NCBI GenBank assembly: GCA_037443365.1
Contig: JBBIOM010000006.1
Span: 22,709 to 86,708, forward strand
From: Armatimonadota bacterium
GTDB lineage: Bacteria; Sysuimicrobiota; Sysuimicrobiia; Sysuimicrobiales; Humicultoraceae
Direction: 5' to 3'
DNA length: 64,000 nucleotides
The first letter of the stretch is position 1, and each line of letters begins with the position of its first letter. Below, piece after piece: positions 18,060 through 28,332 of the stretch. Made by a program: the position numbers and the translations under genes. The notes beneath the pieces are model-generated. The model saw nothing but the letters and a program-made list of their open reading frames with translations. It was not told the origin of the DNA and made no database searches.

Positions 18060-20062
18060 TCGTCGAGATGCGCCGGGTGCTGGTCTTCGGCCCCAACCGG
18101 CTGTTGCGCGGGGTCGTGGAGGAGATACAGCGTCTCGGCGCGCTGCACATCGAGCCTGTCTCGGCCGAGGAGCCGGCGATAGGTGCGCTGCGGCCTGACG
18201 AGGCCGCGACCGCTGCTCAGTCGGCGATCGAGCGGGCCCGCGCACGCGCCGCCAACCTGCTCAACCTGCTCCCGGCCATCCCCTCAGCGGGAGAGGCCGG
18301 GTCTGTGCCGCCGTCCGGGCGGGGTGCGCCGCCCGGCGAGTCCCTTGTGGACACCGAGACGCTCGAGGACAGCGAGGCCCTCGATGCGCTGCTGGAGGGC
18401 ATCGAGGCCGAGGTGGGGGCCCTCACCCGGCGCCGCCTCGACGCCGAGGACGAGCTCGAGATGATTCAGACGTACGAGGGCGCGGTGCGCGCCCTCTCCC
18501 CTCTGCTCGGCGTGCTCTCGGGCAGCCGCTCCCTGGAGTCGCTCGGTTTCATCCTGCGCGGCCGGGACCTCTCGCTCGTTACCGCCGTGCGCAACCAGCT
18601 CCGCGAACTGACGGGTGGGCGCGTTGAGGTTGTGGGCCGCATAATCGAGGAGGGCAGGATCGGCGTGGTCGTGGCCTTCCTGCACCGCGACGCCGAGACG
18701 ATACGCGCGTGGCTCACCCGGGCGGGGATCAGCGAACTGCGCCTGCCCGCGCGTTACGCCGGCGGGGGGCCGGCCGAGGCCGTGCGCACGATGGAACGCC
18801 GGCGGGCCGAACTGCCGGGCGAGATGGCCGAGATCGCCTCCGGGCTGGCCGAGGCCGCGCGCCGCAGCCGGCCTCTCCTGGAGGCGGTCCTGTCGCTTGC
18901 CTCCGACCGGCTCGGGCAGTTCCGGGCGCTATCGAGCCTCGCGCAGTCGCGCTACACGTTCATCCTGCATGGTTGGGCGCCTGCCTCGCGCGTGCGCGAG
19001 ATCCGCGAGGCCCTGCGCGCGCGCTTCGGCCGCGAGGTCGTCGTGCACGACCAGCCGGCCGACCACCATCACGCCGAGGCAGTCCCTGTGCTGCTCGACA
19101 ACCCGCCGGTGATCAAGCCGTTCCAGCGGCTGCTGGGCCTGTTCCGGCCGCCGCGGTACGGCACACTGGATCCCACGGTCTACCTGGCCTTCTTCTTCCC
19201 GATCTTCGTCGGCATGGTCATCGGCGACGTCGCATACGGTGCGCTGCTCTTCGCGCTCGGATGGTGGATGCGCCAGAGGGCGCGCAGCAACAGGCCCTGG
19301 GACGTCGCCCTGGGGAGCATCAAGATGGGCATCCACGTCGCCCCCAGCGTGCTCGCGGACATATCATGGATCGTCCGTACGATGGCGGCCTGGACGATTC
19401 TCTTCGGCGTGCTCTATCTTGAGGTCTTCGGCAACCTGGTCGAGCATCACCTGGGCCTGCACCCGATCTTCAACCGCGTTCACCTGACAACCGCGTTCCT
19501 GGGGCTCGCGGTCGCGATGGGGATCGTCCAGGTGATGCTGGGCTACCTGCTCCACCTCGTGCTGGCGCTACGCCACAGGCACGCCTTCGGCGCGCTGGAG
19601 TCGCTGGCCATGATGACGGGTGTGGCCGCGCTCTTCGCGCTGCTGGGCGCCATGGGCAACGTGCTGCCCTCCAGCTTCTTCACGCCGGGCGTGTTCCTGC
19701 TGGTGGCCTTCCTGGTCGCGGTCATGGCAGGCATCGCGGTGAGCCCGCACGCCGCGATGTGGCTGCTGGAGGCGATCTCGGGCATGGGCAACGTGCTCTC
19801 CTATGCCCGGTTGTTCGGTGTGGGCCTGGCCGCCGCCGTGCTGGCCAACGTCTCCAACGAGCTGGGCGGTATGTTCGGTCCGGTCTGGATCGGGATCATC
19901 CTAGGCATCTTTGTCCAGATGATCTTCTTCGCCTTCACGCTGGCCGGGCACATCATCCAGCCCGCGCGGTTGAACTGGGTCGAGTTCCTCACCAAGATCA
20001 AGTACCACGACGAGGGCGGCAACTCGTACAGGCCGCTCCACAAGACAGGAGGTGGACTATGA
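18056..20062 (+). CDS. atpI: V/A-type ATP synthase subunit I (a)
   Basis: GMVIGDVAYG, LSYARL (essential Arg), HIIQPARLNWVEF. Confidence 0.92.
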   Translation: MIVEMRRVLVFGPNRLLRGVVEEIQRLGALHIEPVSAEEPAIGALRPDEAATAAQSAIERARARAANLLNLLPAIPSAGEAGSVPPSGRGAPPGESLVDTETLEDSEALDALLEGIEAEVGALTRRRLDAEDELEMIQTYEGAVRALSPLLGVLSGSRSLESLGFILRGRDLSLVTAVRNQLRELTGGRVEVVGRIIEEGRIGVVVAFLHRDAETIRAWLTRAGISELRLPARYAGGGPAEAVRTMERRRAELPGEMAEIASGLAEAARRSRPLLEAVLSLASDRLGQFRALSSLAQSRYTFILHGWAPASRVREIREALRARFGREVVVHDQPADHHHAEAVPVLLDNPPVIKPFQRLLGLFRPPRYGTLDPTVYLAFFFPIFVGMVIGDVAYGALLFALGWWMRQRARSNRPWDVALGSIKMGIHVAPSVLADISWIVRTMAAWTILFGVLYLEVFGNLVEHHLGLHPIFNRVHLTTAFLGLAVAMGIVQVMLGYLLHLVLALRHRHAFGALESLAMMTGVAALFALLGAMGNVLPSSFFTPGVFLLVAFLVAVMAGIAVSPHAAMWLLEAISGMGNVLSYARLFGVGLAAAVLANVSNELGGMFGPVWIGIILGIFVQMIFFAFTLAGHIIQPARLNWVEFLTKIKYHDEGGNSYRPLHKTGGGL

Positions 20063-20385
20063 CGAAGAAAGTCCTGAGGGCTGCCGTCCTGCTGACCGTG
20101 GCCCTGCTGGTGGTTGCCCCGGTCGCACTTGCCGCCGAGGCGCAGGCGGCAGTGTCCCGGCAGATCACGATGGCTCACGGGCTGTTGGGCCTGGCCGCGG
20201 CTCTGGCCGTGGCATTCGGCGCCATTGGGACCGCCTGGGCGCAGTCGCGCATCGGAGCGGCCGCGGCCGGTGCGATTGCCGAGCGCCCCGAGATCGGCGG
20301 CCTCATGCTGATCTTCCTGGTCCTGCCCGAGACGCTCATCATCTTCGGCTTCCTGGTGGCGTTCTTCATCATCGGGAAGATATAG
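20059..20385 (+). CDS. atpK: V/A-type ATP synthase proteolipid subunit K (c), single hairpin with N-terminal signal-like extension
   Basis: AQSRIGAA...AE.P...LVLPETLIIFG; RBS AGGAGG. Confidence 0.9.
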   Translation: MTKKVLRAAVLLTVALLVVAPVALAAEAQAAVSRQITMAHGLLGLAAALAVAFGAIGTAWAQSRIGAAAAGAIAERPEIGGLMLIFLVLPETLIIFGFLVAFFIIGKI

Positions 20386-20396
20386 ACCGATCCGCC

Positions 20397-20978
20397 GTGG
20401 CGACCGGTTCGGAACTGATCTCTCTGCTCGAGCGCGAGGCGGCAAGTGAGCGCGCGCGGATCCTGTCGGAGGCCCGGGCGCAGGCCGCGGCCATCCTGAC
20501 CGAGGCCCGGCGCGCGGCCGGCGAGGCCCTGACCGCGACGCGGGAGCGGCTCGAGGCCGAGGAGCGCGCGGCCCTGGTCAAGGCCAGGAGCACGGCCGCG
20601 CTTGCCGCCGCGTCGCTGGTTCTGCAGGTCAAGGAGGACGAGATCGCGCGCGCGTTCGCGCAGGCCGAAGCGGCCCTGGGGGCGCTGGCCGCCGATCCGC
20701 GGCGCTACACCGGGATCCTGCGCCGCCTCATCGAGGAGGCCCTAGCGCAGTCGGGCGGCGGCGTCGTATCCGTGGCTCCGCAGGACCTGGCGACGGCCGA
20801 GGCGCTCGTGCGCGAGCACGCGTGGGACGCGACGGTGCGCGCCGATCCCGCGGTCGGCGCAGGGGCGCGCATCGCTTCGTCCGACGGGCGTCTGGTGGTG
20901 ACCAACACCCTGGCCTCGCGCCTCGGCCGTGCCCGCCCGGCGCTGGCCCCTGCGGTGGCCAGGACGCTGTGGGGATAA
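20397..20978 (+). CDS. atpE: V/A-type ATP synthase subunit E
   Basis: Coiled-coil N-terminus, C-terminal 'DGRLVVTNTLASRL'; operon position. Confidence 0.85.
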   Translation: MATGSELISLLEREAASERARILSEARAQAAAILTEARRAAGEALTATRERLEAEERAALVKARSTAALAAASLVLQVKEDEIARAFAQAEAALGALAADPRRYTGILRRLIEEALAQSGGGVVSVAPQDLATAEALVREHAWDATVRADPAVGAGARIASSDGRLVVTNTLASRLGRARPALAPAVARTLWG

Positions 20979-20990
20979 CGGTCCGGGACG

Positions 20991-22022
20991 ATGCCTGACT
21001 TCCCGTACATCAACGCGCGGGTGCGCGCGATGCACGGCCGTTTGCTCGACGCCGCCCCGCTCGATGACCTGGTGGGAGCGCCGACCATGGGCGCGCTCCT
21101 GCAGGCGCTGTCCTCCACGCCCTACGCCGGCGACCTCGGAGAAGCCCTCGTGCGCTTCGAGGGCCTCCGGGCCGTGGACGAGGCGCTGGCCAGGAACCTC
21201 CAGCGCACCACGCGCAAGATCCTGCGATTCGCCGACGGACGGCCCCGCGCGCTGATCGAGGCGATCCTGCTGCGGTGGGACCTCGCGAACCTCCGGGTCA
21301 TCGTGCGCGGCAAGCACGGCGGCAGACCCGCCGACGAGGTGGGCTCGGCGCTCCTGCCCGCGGGCCTGCTGGGCGAGGCCGTCCTCCGAGAGATGGCCTC
21401 GGCGCAGGACCTGGCGGGCGTGGCCGGGATCCTGGAGGCGGTGGGGCATCCCTTCGCGCAGGTGCTCGCCCAGGTCGCGGCCGCCCAGGCGAAGAAGACG
21501 GACCTCCTCGGAAGCGAGCTGATGCTGGACCGCGCGTACATCGAGAGGGGGATGCGCTTCGCGCGGGGGAGCGACGCTGGCGCAGCCGCCCTCCGCCAGG
21601 TGCTCTGCGCTGAGGTGGACGCGGCCAACGCCAAGACCGCCTTCCGGATGGGCCTGGCCGGGGAACTGGACGAGGAGACGCGCCTGCGCTTCTTTGTTCC
21701 GGGCGGCGCGCTGATCCTCTCGGATCTCTTCCTGGCGCTGTCAGAACCGCGCACGCGCTCGTCGGCCTGGCAGAAACTGCGGATGAGCGGCTTCCCGGTG
21801 CGCGACCTCCCGCAGACACCGGTTGAGTTCGAGCGCGCGATGGACCTAGCCACGGCCAGGGCGATGGCCGCGCGCTTCAGGGGCGACCCGCTCGGGCTCG
21901 ACGTGGTGGTAGGGTACCTGGCGAAGAAGACCGCAGAGGTCGCCAACCTCCGCCTGGCGGCGCGGGGCGTGTTCCTGGGGCTGCCGCGCGAGGCGGTGCG
22001 CCAGGAGATGATGCGTGTATAG
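20991..22022 (+). CDS. atpC: V/A-type ATP synthase subunit C (d)
   Basis: FPYINARVRAM, WDLANL, EVANLRL.ARG. Confidence 0.88.
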   Translation: MPDFPYINARVRAMHGRLLDAAPLDDLVGAPTMGALLQALSSTPYAGDLGEALVRFEGLRAVDEALARNLQRTTRKILRFADGRPRALIEAILLRWDLANLRVIVRGKHGGRPADEVGSALLPAGLLGEAVLREMASAQDLAGVAGILEAVGHPFAQVLAQVAAAQAKKTDLLGSELMLDRAYIERGMRFARGSDAGAAALRQVLCAEVDAANAKTAFRMGLAGELDEETRLRFFVPGGALILSDLFLALSEPRTRSSAWQKLRMSGFPVRDLPQTPVEFERAMDLATARAMAARFRGDPLGLDVVVGYLAKKTAEVANLRLAARGVFLGLPREAVRQEMMRV

Positions 22023-22332
22023 GCTCGCCGTGATCACCGATCCTGAGACGGCCACGGGCTTCCGTCTGGCAGGGGCCGAGGTGCGGGAGGCCGCCACCCC
22101 AGAGGAAGCGCTGGAGCACCTGAGGCGCTTCGTGACGCTGGACTACGGGCTGATCGCCGTGAACGAGACGCTGCTGGAGGGCGTCCGGGAAGAGCGCGCG
22201 CGACTGCTGCGCGACCGCGATCTTCCGATCGTCGTGGCGTTCCCCGCGCCCCAGGCCCAGATAGAGGATGGCGAGGCCTACCTAGCCCGCCTCGTGAAGG
22301 AGCACATCGGCTTCTATGTCAAGCTGCGGTAG
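22015..22332 (+). CDS. atpF: V/A-type ATP synthase subunit F
   Basis: AVITDPETATGFRLAG. Confidence 0.9.
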   Translation: MYRLAVITDPETATGFRLAGAEVREAATPEEALEHLRRFVTLDYGLIAVNETLLEGVREERARLLRDRDLPIVVAFPAPQAQIEDGEAYLARLVKEHIGFYVKLR

Positions 22333-22362
22333 CGGGTGGCCGGAGTTCATGGAGGAGTTGCG

Positions 22363-24123
22363 ATGACGATTCAGGGCACGATCGTCAAGATCGCCGGACC
22401 GGCGGTGATCGCCCGCGGGATCACTGGCGCCCGCATGTACGACCTCGTGCACGTCGGGCGCGAGGGGCTGCTGGGCGAGATCATACGCCTCGACGGCGAC
22501 ACGGCGTTCATCCAGGTCTACGAGGACACCTCGGGGCTGCGGGTTGACGAGCCCGTCGCAACCACCGGGGCGCCGCTGGCGGTCGAGCTCGGTCCCGGGC
22601 TGCTCACCGGCATCTTCGACGGGATCCAGCGCCCGCTGGAGAGCCTGCGCGCCCAGAAGGGCGATTTCATGGCGCGCGGCGTCACGACCGACGCGCTCGA
22701 TCGCTCGAGGCGGTGGGCGTTCTCCCCGGCTGTCCGGCCCGGCGCAAAGGTGGCTCCCGGCGACGTGATCGGGACCGTGGCCGAGTTCAGCTTTGAGCAC
22801 AGGATTCTCGTCCCGCCGTCCTCGCGCGGGGGCGAGATAGCCGAGATCCGATCGGGCGGGTTCACGGTGGACGAGGTGATCGGGCGGCTTTCCGACGGCG
22901 AGGAGCTGCGCCTGATGCACCGCTGGCCGGTGCGCGCGCCCAGGCCCGTGACGAGGAAGCGCGATCCGCGCGAGCCGTTCATCTCGGGGCAGCGCATCAT
23001 AGACATCTTGTTCCCGGTGGCGATGGGGGGTGCGGCCTCGATCCCGGGCCCGTTCGGCTCCGGCAAGACGGTCATGCAGCAGACGCTGGCCAAGTGGTCC
23101 AACGCCGACGTCATCATCTACGTGGGCTGCGGCGAGCGCGGCAACGAGATGACGCACGTGCTGGACGAGTTTCCCGAGCTGGAGGACCCGCGCACCGGGC
23201 GGCCCCTGATGGAGCGCACGGTGATCATCGCCAACACCTCCAACATGCCGGTGGCGGCGCGCGAGGCGTCGGTCTACACCGGCATCACCATGGCCGAGTA
23301 CTGGCGCGACCAGGGCTACAACGTCGCCGTGATGGCGGACTCGACCAGCCGCTGGGCCGAGGCGATGCGCGAGATCTCCTCTCGCCTGGAGGAGATGCCG
23401 GCCGAGGAAGGCTACCCGCCCTACCTGTCGAGCCGGCTGGCGGCGTTCTACGAGCGGGCCGGCCGCGCGGTCTGCCTGGGGCATCCCGAGCGGGATGGGT
23501 CAGTGACGGTTGTGGGCGCGGTCTCTCCGCCGGGGGGCGACCTGTCCGAGCCGGTGACGCAGGCGACGCTGCGCATCACCGGCACGTTCTGGTCGCTCGA
23601 TGCCGGGCTTGCCAACCGCAGGCACTTCCCGGCGATCCACTGGCTGCGGTCGTACAGCCTCTACACCCCCCTCTTCCGGGAGTGGTACCGCGAGCACATG
23701 CCCGAGGGCTTCGAGACGCTGCGTGCCCGGTGCTCGGCACTGCTCCAGCGCGAGGCCGAGCTGCAGGAGATCGTGCAGCTCGTGGGCCCCGACGCGCTGC
23801 AGGACGACCAGCGGCTGGTGATCGAGGTCGGCAAGATGCTGCGCGAGGACTTCCTGCAGCAGTCGTCGTTCTCCGACGTGGACGCCCACTGCCCGATGGA
23901 CAAGGCCTGCGGCATGCTGACGGCGATCTTGGCCTTCTACGATGAGGCGACTGGAGCGCTGCGGCGCGGCATGCCGATGGACGAGATCCTCAATCTCCGG
24001 CAGGTCGAGGAGATCGCCCGCTTCAAGGAAGTGCCCAAGGAAGAGTTCGGGGCCTACATCGAGCCCTGGCTCGCGCGGTTGCCCGAGGCGTTCGGGGCCA
24101 CGGCCGCGTCAGGAGGTGCGTAG
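22363..24123 (+). CDS. atpA: V/A-type ATP synthase catalytic subunit A
   Basis: [10 protein letters not shown]-loop, [21 protein letters not shown]. Confidence 0.95.
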   Translation: MTIQGTIVKIAGPAVIARGITGARMYDLVHVGREGLLGEIIRLDGDTAFIQVYEDTSGLRVDEPVATTGAPLAVELGPGLLTGIFDGIQRPLESLRAQKGDFMARGVTTDALDRSRRWAFSPAVRPGAKVAPGDVIGTVAEFSFEHRILVPPSSRGGEIAEIRSGGFTVDEVIGRLSDGEELRLMHRWPVRAPRPVTRKRDPREPFISGQRIIDILFPVAMGGAASIPGPFGSGKTVMQQTLAKWSNADVIIYVGCGERGNEMTHVLDEFPELEDPRTGRPLMERTVIIANTSNMPVAAREASVYTGITMAEYWRDQGYNVAVMADSTSRWAEAMREISSRLEEMPAEEGYPPYLSSRLAAFYERAGRAVCLGHPERDGSVTVVGAVSPPGGDLSEPVTQATLRITGTFWSLDAGLANRRHFPAIHWLRSYSLYTPLFREWYREHMPEGFETLRARCSALLQREAELQEIVQLVGPDALQDDQRLVIEVGKMLREDFLQQSSFSDVDAHCPMDKACGMLTAILAFYDEATGALRRGMPMDEILNLRQVEEIARFKEVPKEEFGAYIEPWLARLPEAFGATAASGGA

Positions 24124-24127
24124 CGCC

Positions 24128-25543
24128 ATGTCGCTGGCTACCAAGCAGTACCGGTCCATCTCATACGTGTCGGGCCCGCTGCTGTTCGTTGAAGGCGCGC
24201 GCGACCTGGCCTATGGCGCCATCGTGAACATACACATGGCCGATGGCGGCATCCGCGGCGGGCAGGTGATCGAGGTATCCGAGCGGAACGCGGTGATCCA
24301 GGTCTTCGAGGAGACCGCCGGGCTGGACCTGACCCGCACGTCCGTTAGCCTGCGCGAGGACGTGGCGCGAATCGCCTGCTCGCGCGACATGATAGGCCGG
24401 CGTTTCAGCGGGCTGGGCGACCCGGTTGACGGGCTGCCGACCATCATACCGGAGAAGCGGCTCCCCATCATCGGCACGCCCATCAACCCCGTGGCCCGGC
24501 AGCGGCCGCAGGAGTTCATCCAGACCGGGATCTCATCCGTAGACGGGCTCAACACGTTGGTGCGCGGGCAGAAACTCCCGATCTTCTCGGGCGCCGGCCT
24601 GCCGCACAACGAGATCGCCGCTCAGATCGCGCGCCAGGCCAAGGTGCTCGGCGAGGCGGAGGAGTTCTCGGTTGTGTTCGCCGCCATGGGTATCACGCAG
24701 CGCGAGGCCGCCTACTTCATAGAGCAGTTCGAGGCGACCGGCGCGCTGGCCCGCAGCGTGGTCTTCCTGAACCTGGCCGATGACCCGGCGATTGAGCGGC
24801 TGATGACGCCGCGCATGGCGCTGACCACGGCCGAGTATCTTGCCTTCGATCTCGACATGCAGGTCCTGGTCATCCTGACGGACATGACCAACTACTGCGA
24901 GGCGCTGCGCGAGATCGGCGCGGCGCGCGAGGAGATCCCGGGTCGGCGCGGCTACCCCGGCTACATGTACACCGACCTGGCGACGATCTACGAGCGCGCC
25001 GGCCGCGTGCACGGCCGCAAGGGCTCGATCACGCAGCTCCCCATCCTGACCATGCCCGACGACGACATAACCCACCCCATCCCCGACCTGACCGGCTACA
25101 TCACGGAGGGGCAGATCGTGCTGAGCCGCGCGCTGCACCGCAACGGCATCCACCCGCCGATCAACCCGCTGCCCAGCCTCTCGCGGCTGATGAACGACGG
25201 CATCGGCCCGGGTCGCACGCGCGCCGATCACGCCAACGTCAAGGACCAGCTCTTCGCCTCCTACGCCAACGGCGTGGACCTGCGCCGGCTGGTGGCCATC
25301 ATCGGCGAGGAGGCGCTCACCGACCGCGACCGGCTCTACCTCAAGTTCGCCGAGGAGTTCGAGCGCCACTTCCTGGGGCAGGGCGAGACCGACCGCACAA
25401 TCGAGGAGACGCTTGCGATCGGCTGGAAGCTGTTGAGCGGCTTCCCGAGGGGCGAGCTCAAGCGCGTCAAGCATGACCACGTGGACAAGTACTACGGCGA
25501 GCAGATGGAGAAGATCTGGGAGGACAAGAGCACCCGGATCTAG
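24128..25543 (+). CDS. atpB: V/A-type ATP synthase subunit B
   Basis: [46 protein letters not shown]. Confidence 0.95.
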   Translation: MSLATKQYRSISYVSGPLLFVEGARDLAYGAIVNIHMADGGIRGGQVIEVSERNAVIQVFEETAGLDLTRTSVSLREDVARIACSRDMIGRRFSGLGDPVDGLPTIIPEKRLPIIGTPINPVARQRPQEFIQTGISSVDGLNTLVRGQKLPIFSGAGLPHNEIAAQIARQAKVLGEAEEFSVVFAAMGITQREAAYFIEQFEATGALARSVVFLNLADDPAIERLMTPRMALTTAEYLAFDLDMQVLVILTDMTNYCEALREIGAAREEIPGRRGYPGYMYTDLATIYERAGRVHGRKGSITQLPILTMPDDDITHPIPDLTGYITEGQIVLSRALHRNGIHPPINPLPSLSRLMNDGIGPGRTRADHANVKDQLFASYANGVDLRRLVAIIGEEALTDRDRLYLKFAEEFERHFLGQGETDRTIEETLAIGWKLLSGFPRGELKRVKHDHVDKYYGEQMEKIWEDKSTRI

Positions 25544-25567
25544 CCCCGGGTACGGAGCGCACGCGAC

Positions 25568-26209
25568 ATGGCAGAGGTGATCAGCCCGACCCGCATGAAC
25601 CTGCTGGCGCGGCGCAACCAGTTGCGCGTCGCGCAGCAGGGCGTGGACCTCCTCAAGCGCAAGCGGGACGCCCTGGTCGCCGATTTCTTCAAGATCGTGC
25701 GCGCGTCGCTGGAGGCCCGCGAATCGCTGGCGGCCGCCTGCCGCCGGTCGTATGTGGCGCTCTCGCTGGCCAAGGCCTGGGAGGGCAGGGAGGCGCTCGA
25801 GGCCGCGGCGCTCCCGGCCGGCCGCGACATCCTGATGGACATCGAGGTGCGCAGCGTCTGGGGCACCCGGATTCCCGAACTGACCCCCCCTGCCGTGCAC
25901 CGGCCGCTGCTGGAGAGGGGACAGAACCCCGCGGCCACCAGCGCCCGTGCCATCGAGAGCGCCGCCAACTTCGAGGAGATGCTCTCGGCCATCCTGGGCG
26001 TGGGCGCCACGGAGATCAGGCTCCGCAGGATCGGCGAGGAGATCAAGAAGACCACGCGCCGCGTCAACGCGCTGGAGCAGGTGGTCATCCCGCGGCTCCG
26101 CTCCGAGACGCGATACATCGCCTCGGTGCTGGAGCAGCGCGCCCGTGAGGACGTCTTCCGCCTGAAGCGCATCAAGAAGAAGCTCCAGGCCAAGGAGAGA
26201 GGTGCCTAG
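25568..26209 (+). CDS. atpD: V/A-type ATP synthase subunit D
   Basis: PTRMNL, LLKRKRDAL, EIKKTTRRVNALE, REDVFRLK. Confidence 0.93.
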   Translation: MAEVISPTRMNLLARRNQLRVAQQGVDLLKRKRDALVADFFKIVRASLEARESLAAACRRSYVALSLAKAWEGREALEAAALPAGRDILMDIEVRSVWGTRIPELTPPAVHRPLLERGQNPAATSARAIESAANFEEMLSAILGVGATEIRLRRIGEEIKKTTRRVNALEQVVIPRLRSETRYIASVLEQRAREDVFRLKRIKKKLQAKERGA

Positions 26210-26963
26210 CAACGCTCGCCCCGGAGGTGCCCCTGCGCCCTTCGCCGCGCGTGGAGCGGTAGCCCTGGGATTCGTGCTGGCGCTGGCGGGTTATCTCGTG
26301 GTCACGCAGTTCCGGACCGAGTGGCAGATCCGGCGGGCCCTGCGCATCCCTTCCACGCAGCTGGCGGAACTGGCCTTTCTCCTTCGGGATCAGGAGCGCG
26401 GTCGCGCGGCGCTGGAGTCCCAGGTCGGCGAGCTGCGCAGCCGGATGGCGGCGTACGAGAAGGCGGCGGCCGAGGGCCGGACCGCTGCCGCGAAGGTGAG
26501 CCGCGATCTCCAGGAGCTTCGGGCGCTGGTGGGCATCACCGCGCTACGGGGTCCTGGGATCACCGTCGAGTTGAACGACAGCACGCGGCCGCCCCGGGGC
26601 GGCGAGGATCCCAACAAGACCATCCTGCACTACTCGGACATCCAGGGTGTGGTCGCCGAGTTGTGGGCCGGAGGCGCCGAGGCGATGGCGATCAACGGCG
26701 AGCGGATTGTGGGCACAACCGGCATCTCCTGCGTCGGCACCACGATACTCGTCAACACCAAGCGCATGGCACCACCCTACGTGATCACGGCGCTGGGCGA
26801 GCCCAAGCAACTGGTCCGCGCCCTGCGCCACCCGGGCGGACAGCTCGAGCTTCTCGCGGCGTTCGGCTTCCCTGTCAAGGCAACACCACGCGAACTCGCG
26901 GAAGTGCCGGCATACCGCGGCACCTTCAGGCTCGAGCACGCCTCCCTTGAGGGGAAGGAGTGA
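26202..26963 (+). CDS. DUF881 family protein (YlxX/YlxW-like)
   Basis: TM + coiled coil + 'GPGITVELND...ELWAGGAEAMAINGER...PPYVITALG'. Confidence 0.85.
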   Translation: MPSNARPGGAPAPFAARGAVALGFVLALAGYLVVTQFRTEWQIRRALRIPSTQLAELAFLLRDQERGRAALESQVGELRSRMAAYEKAAAEGRTAAAKVSRDLQELRALVGITALRGPGITVELNDSTRPPRGGEDPNKTILHYSDIQGVVAELWAGGAEAMAINGERIVGTTGISCVGTTILVNTKRMAPPYVITALGEPKQLVRALRHPGGQLELLAAFGFPVKATPRELAEVPAYRGTFRLEHASLEGKE

Positions 26964-27316
26964 GGGCGATGTGGCTGCCGATTCTAGGTCTCGCAGTGGG
27001 CATTACGCTGGGATTCCTGTTCTCGGTGGAGATCCCGCTTGGATACGTCAAGTACACCGCGATCGCCATCCTTGCGGCGATTGACACCACCCTGGGCGGG
27101 CTGCGAGCGCAACTGGAGGACCGGTTCGATCTCATGATCTTCCTCTCGGGGTTCGTGGTCAACGCCTCGTTCGCCGCGCTGCTGGCGGGGATTGGCGACC
27201 TGTTGGGGCTCGACATCTACCTGGGCGCGGTCATAGCGTTCAGCATCCGCATCTTCGACAACATCGGCTTCATCCGGCGCGATCTCATCGCGCGCCACAT
27301 GAAAGGTGGGAGATAG
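26960..27316 (+). CDS. sbp: Small basic protein Sbp (DUF1290)
   Basis: YTAIAILAAIDTTLGGLRA, RIFDN..IRR; follows DUF881. Confidence 0.85.
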   Translation: MRAMWLPILGLAVGITLGFLFSVEIPLGYVKYTAIAILAAIDTTLGGLRAQLEDRFDLMIFLSGFVVNASFAALLAGIGDLLGLDIYLGAVIAFSIRIFDNIGFIRRDLIARHMKGGR

Positions 27317-27318
27317 CA

Positions 27319-28332
27319 ATGACTGTTCGCGTGGGCATCAACGGGTTCGGCCGCATCGGCCGTCTGGCGCTTAGGGCGATGCGGGAGCGGTATCCTGATA
27401 GGGTGCGGGTGGCGGCGATCAACGACATAGCCGATCTGGAGACCAACGCGCACCTTCTCAAGTACGACTCGAACTACGGCACCTACTCCGGCGCGGTCTC
27501 GTCGCGCGACGGCAGGCTGGTGGTGGACGGGGCCGAGATCGCCGTGTTCGCCGAGCGCGACCCCGGCACGATTCCCTGGTCGCAGGCCGGCGTCGAGGTC
27601 GTGCTCGAGTGCACCGGCCGCTTCACCGCCGCCGACAAGGCGCGCGGGCATCTCCAGGGCGGCGCCAAGAAGGTCCTGATAAGCGCGCCGGGCAAGGGCG
27701 ACGACATCACGATCAACATGGGCGTGAACCACGAGCAGTACGATCCCGCCAGGCACTCGATCATCAGCAACGGCTCGTGCACCACCAACGGGCTCTCGGT
27801 GACCGCCAAGGTGCTCAGCCGCCAGTTCGGGATCAAGCGGGGGTTCATGACCACGGTCCACTCGTACACCAACACCCAGCGCATCCTGGACGTGGTGAGC
27901 GACGACCTGCGCGAGGCCAGGGCCGCGGCACTGAACATCATTCCCGCGAGTACCGGCGCGGCCCGGGCGATCCACCTCGTGCTGCCCGAGCTCAAGGGGA
28001 AGCTGACGGGAATCGCGCTGCGGGTCCCGACACCCACCGTATCCGTGGTGGACCTGGTCGTGGAGCTCGAGAAGGCCGGCACCGCCGAGGCGCTCAACGC
28101 AGCGTTCCGGGCCGCCGCCGACGGTGAGATGAAGGGATACCTGGGCTACAGCGAGGTCCCGCTGGTCTCGGTGGACTTCAAGGGCGACTCGCGGTCTGGG
28201 ATCGTTGACGGCCCGCTTACGATGGTGATGGGCGACACCCTGGCCAAGGTCATGACGTGGTACGACAACGAGTGGGGGTACGCCTGCCGGATGGCCGACC
28301 TGGTCAACTACGTCGCAGAGCGGGGCCTCTGA
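27319..28332 (+). CDS. gap: Glyceraldehyde-3-phosphate dehydrogenase type I
   Basis: GINGFGRIGR, SCTTN, WYDNEWGY. Confidence 0.96.
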   Translation: MTVRVGINGFGRIGRLALRAMRERYPDRVRVAAINDIADLETNAHLLKYDSNYGTYSGAVSSRDGRLVVDGAEIAVFAERDPGTIPWSQAGVEVVLECTGRFTAADKARGHLQGGAKKVLISAPGKGDDITINMGVNHEQYDPARHSIISNGSCTTNGLSVTAKVLSRQFGIKRGFMTTVHSYTNTQRILDVVSDDLREARAAALNIIPASTGAARAIHLVLPELKGKLTGIALRVPTPTVSVVDLVVELEKAGTAEALNAAFRAAADGEMKGYLGYSEVPLVSVDFKGDSRSGIVDGPLTMVMGDTLAKVMTWYDNEWGYACRMADLVNYVAERGL

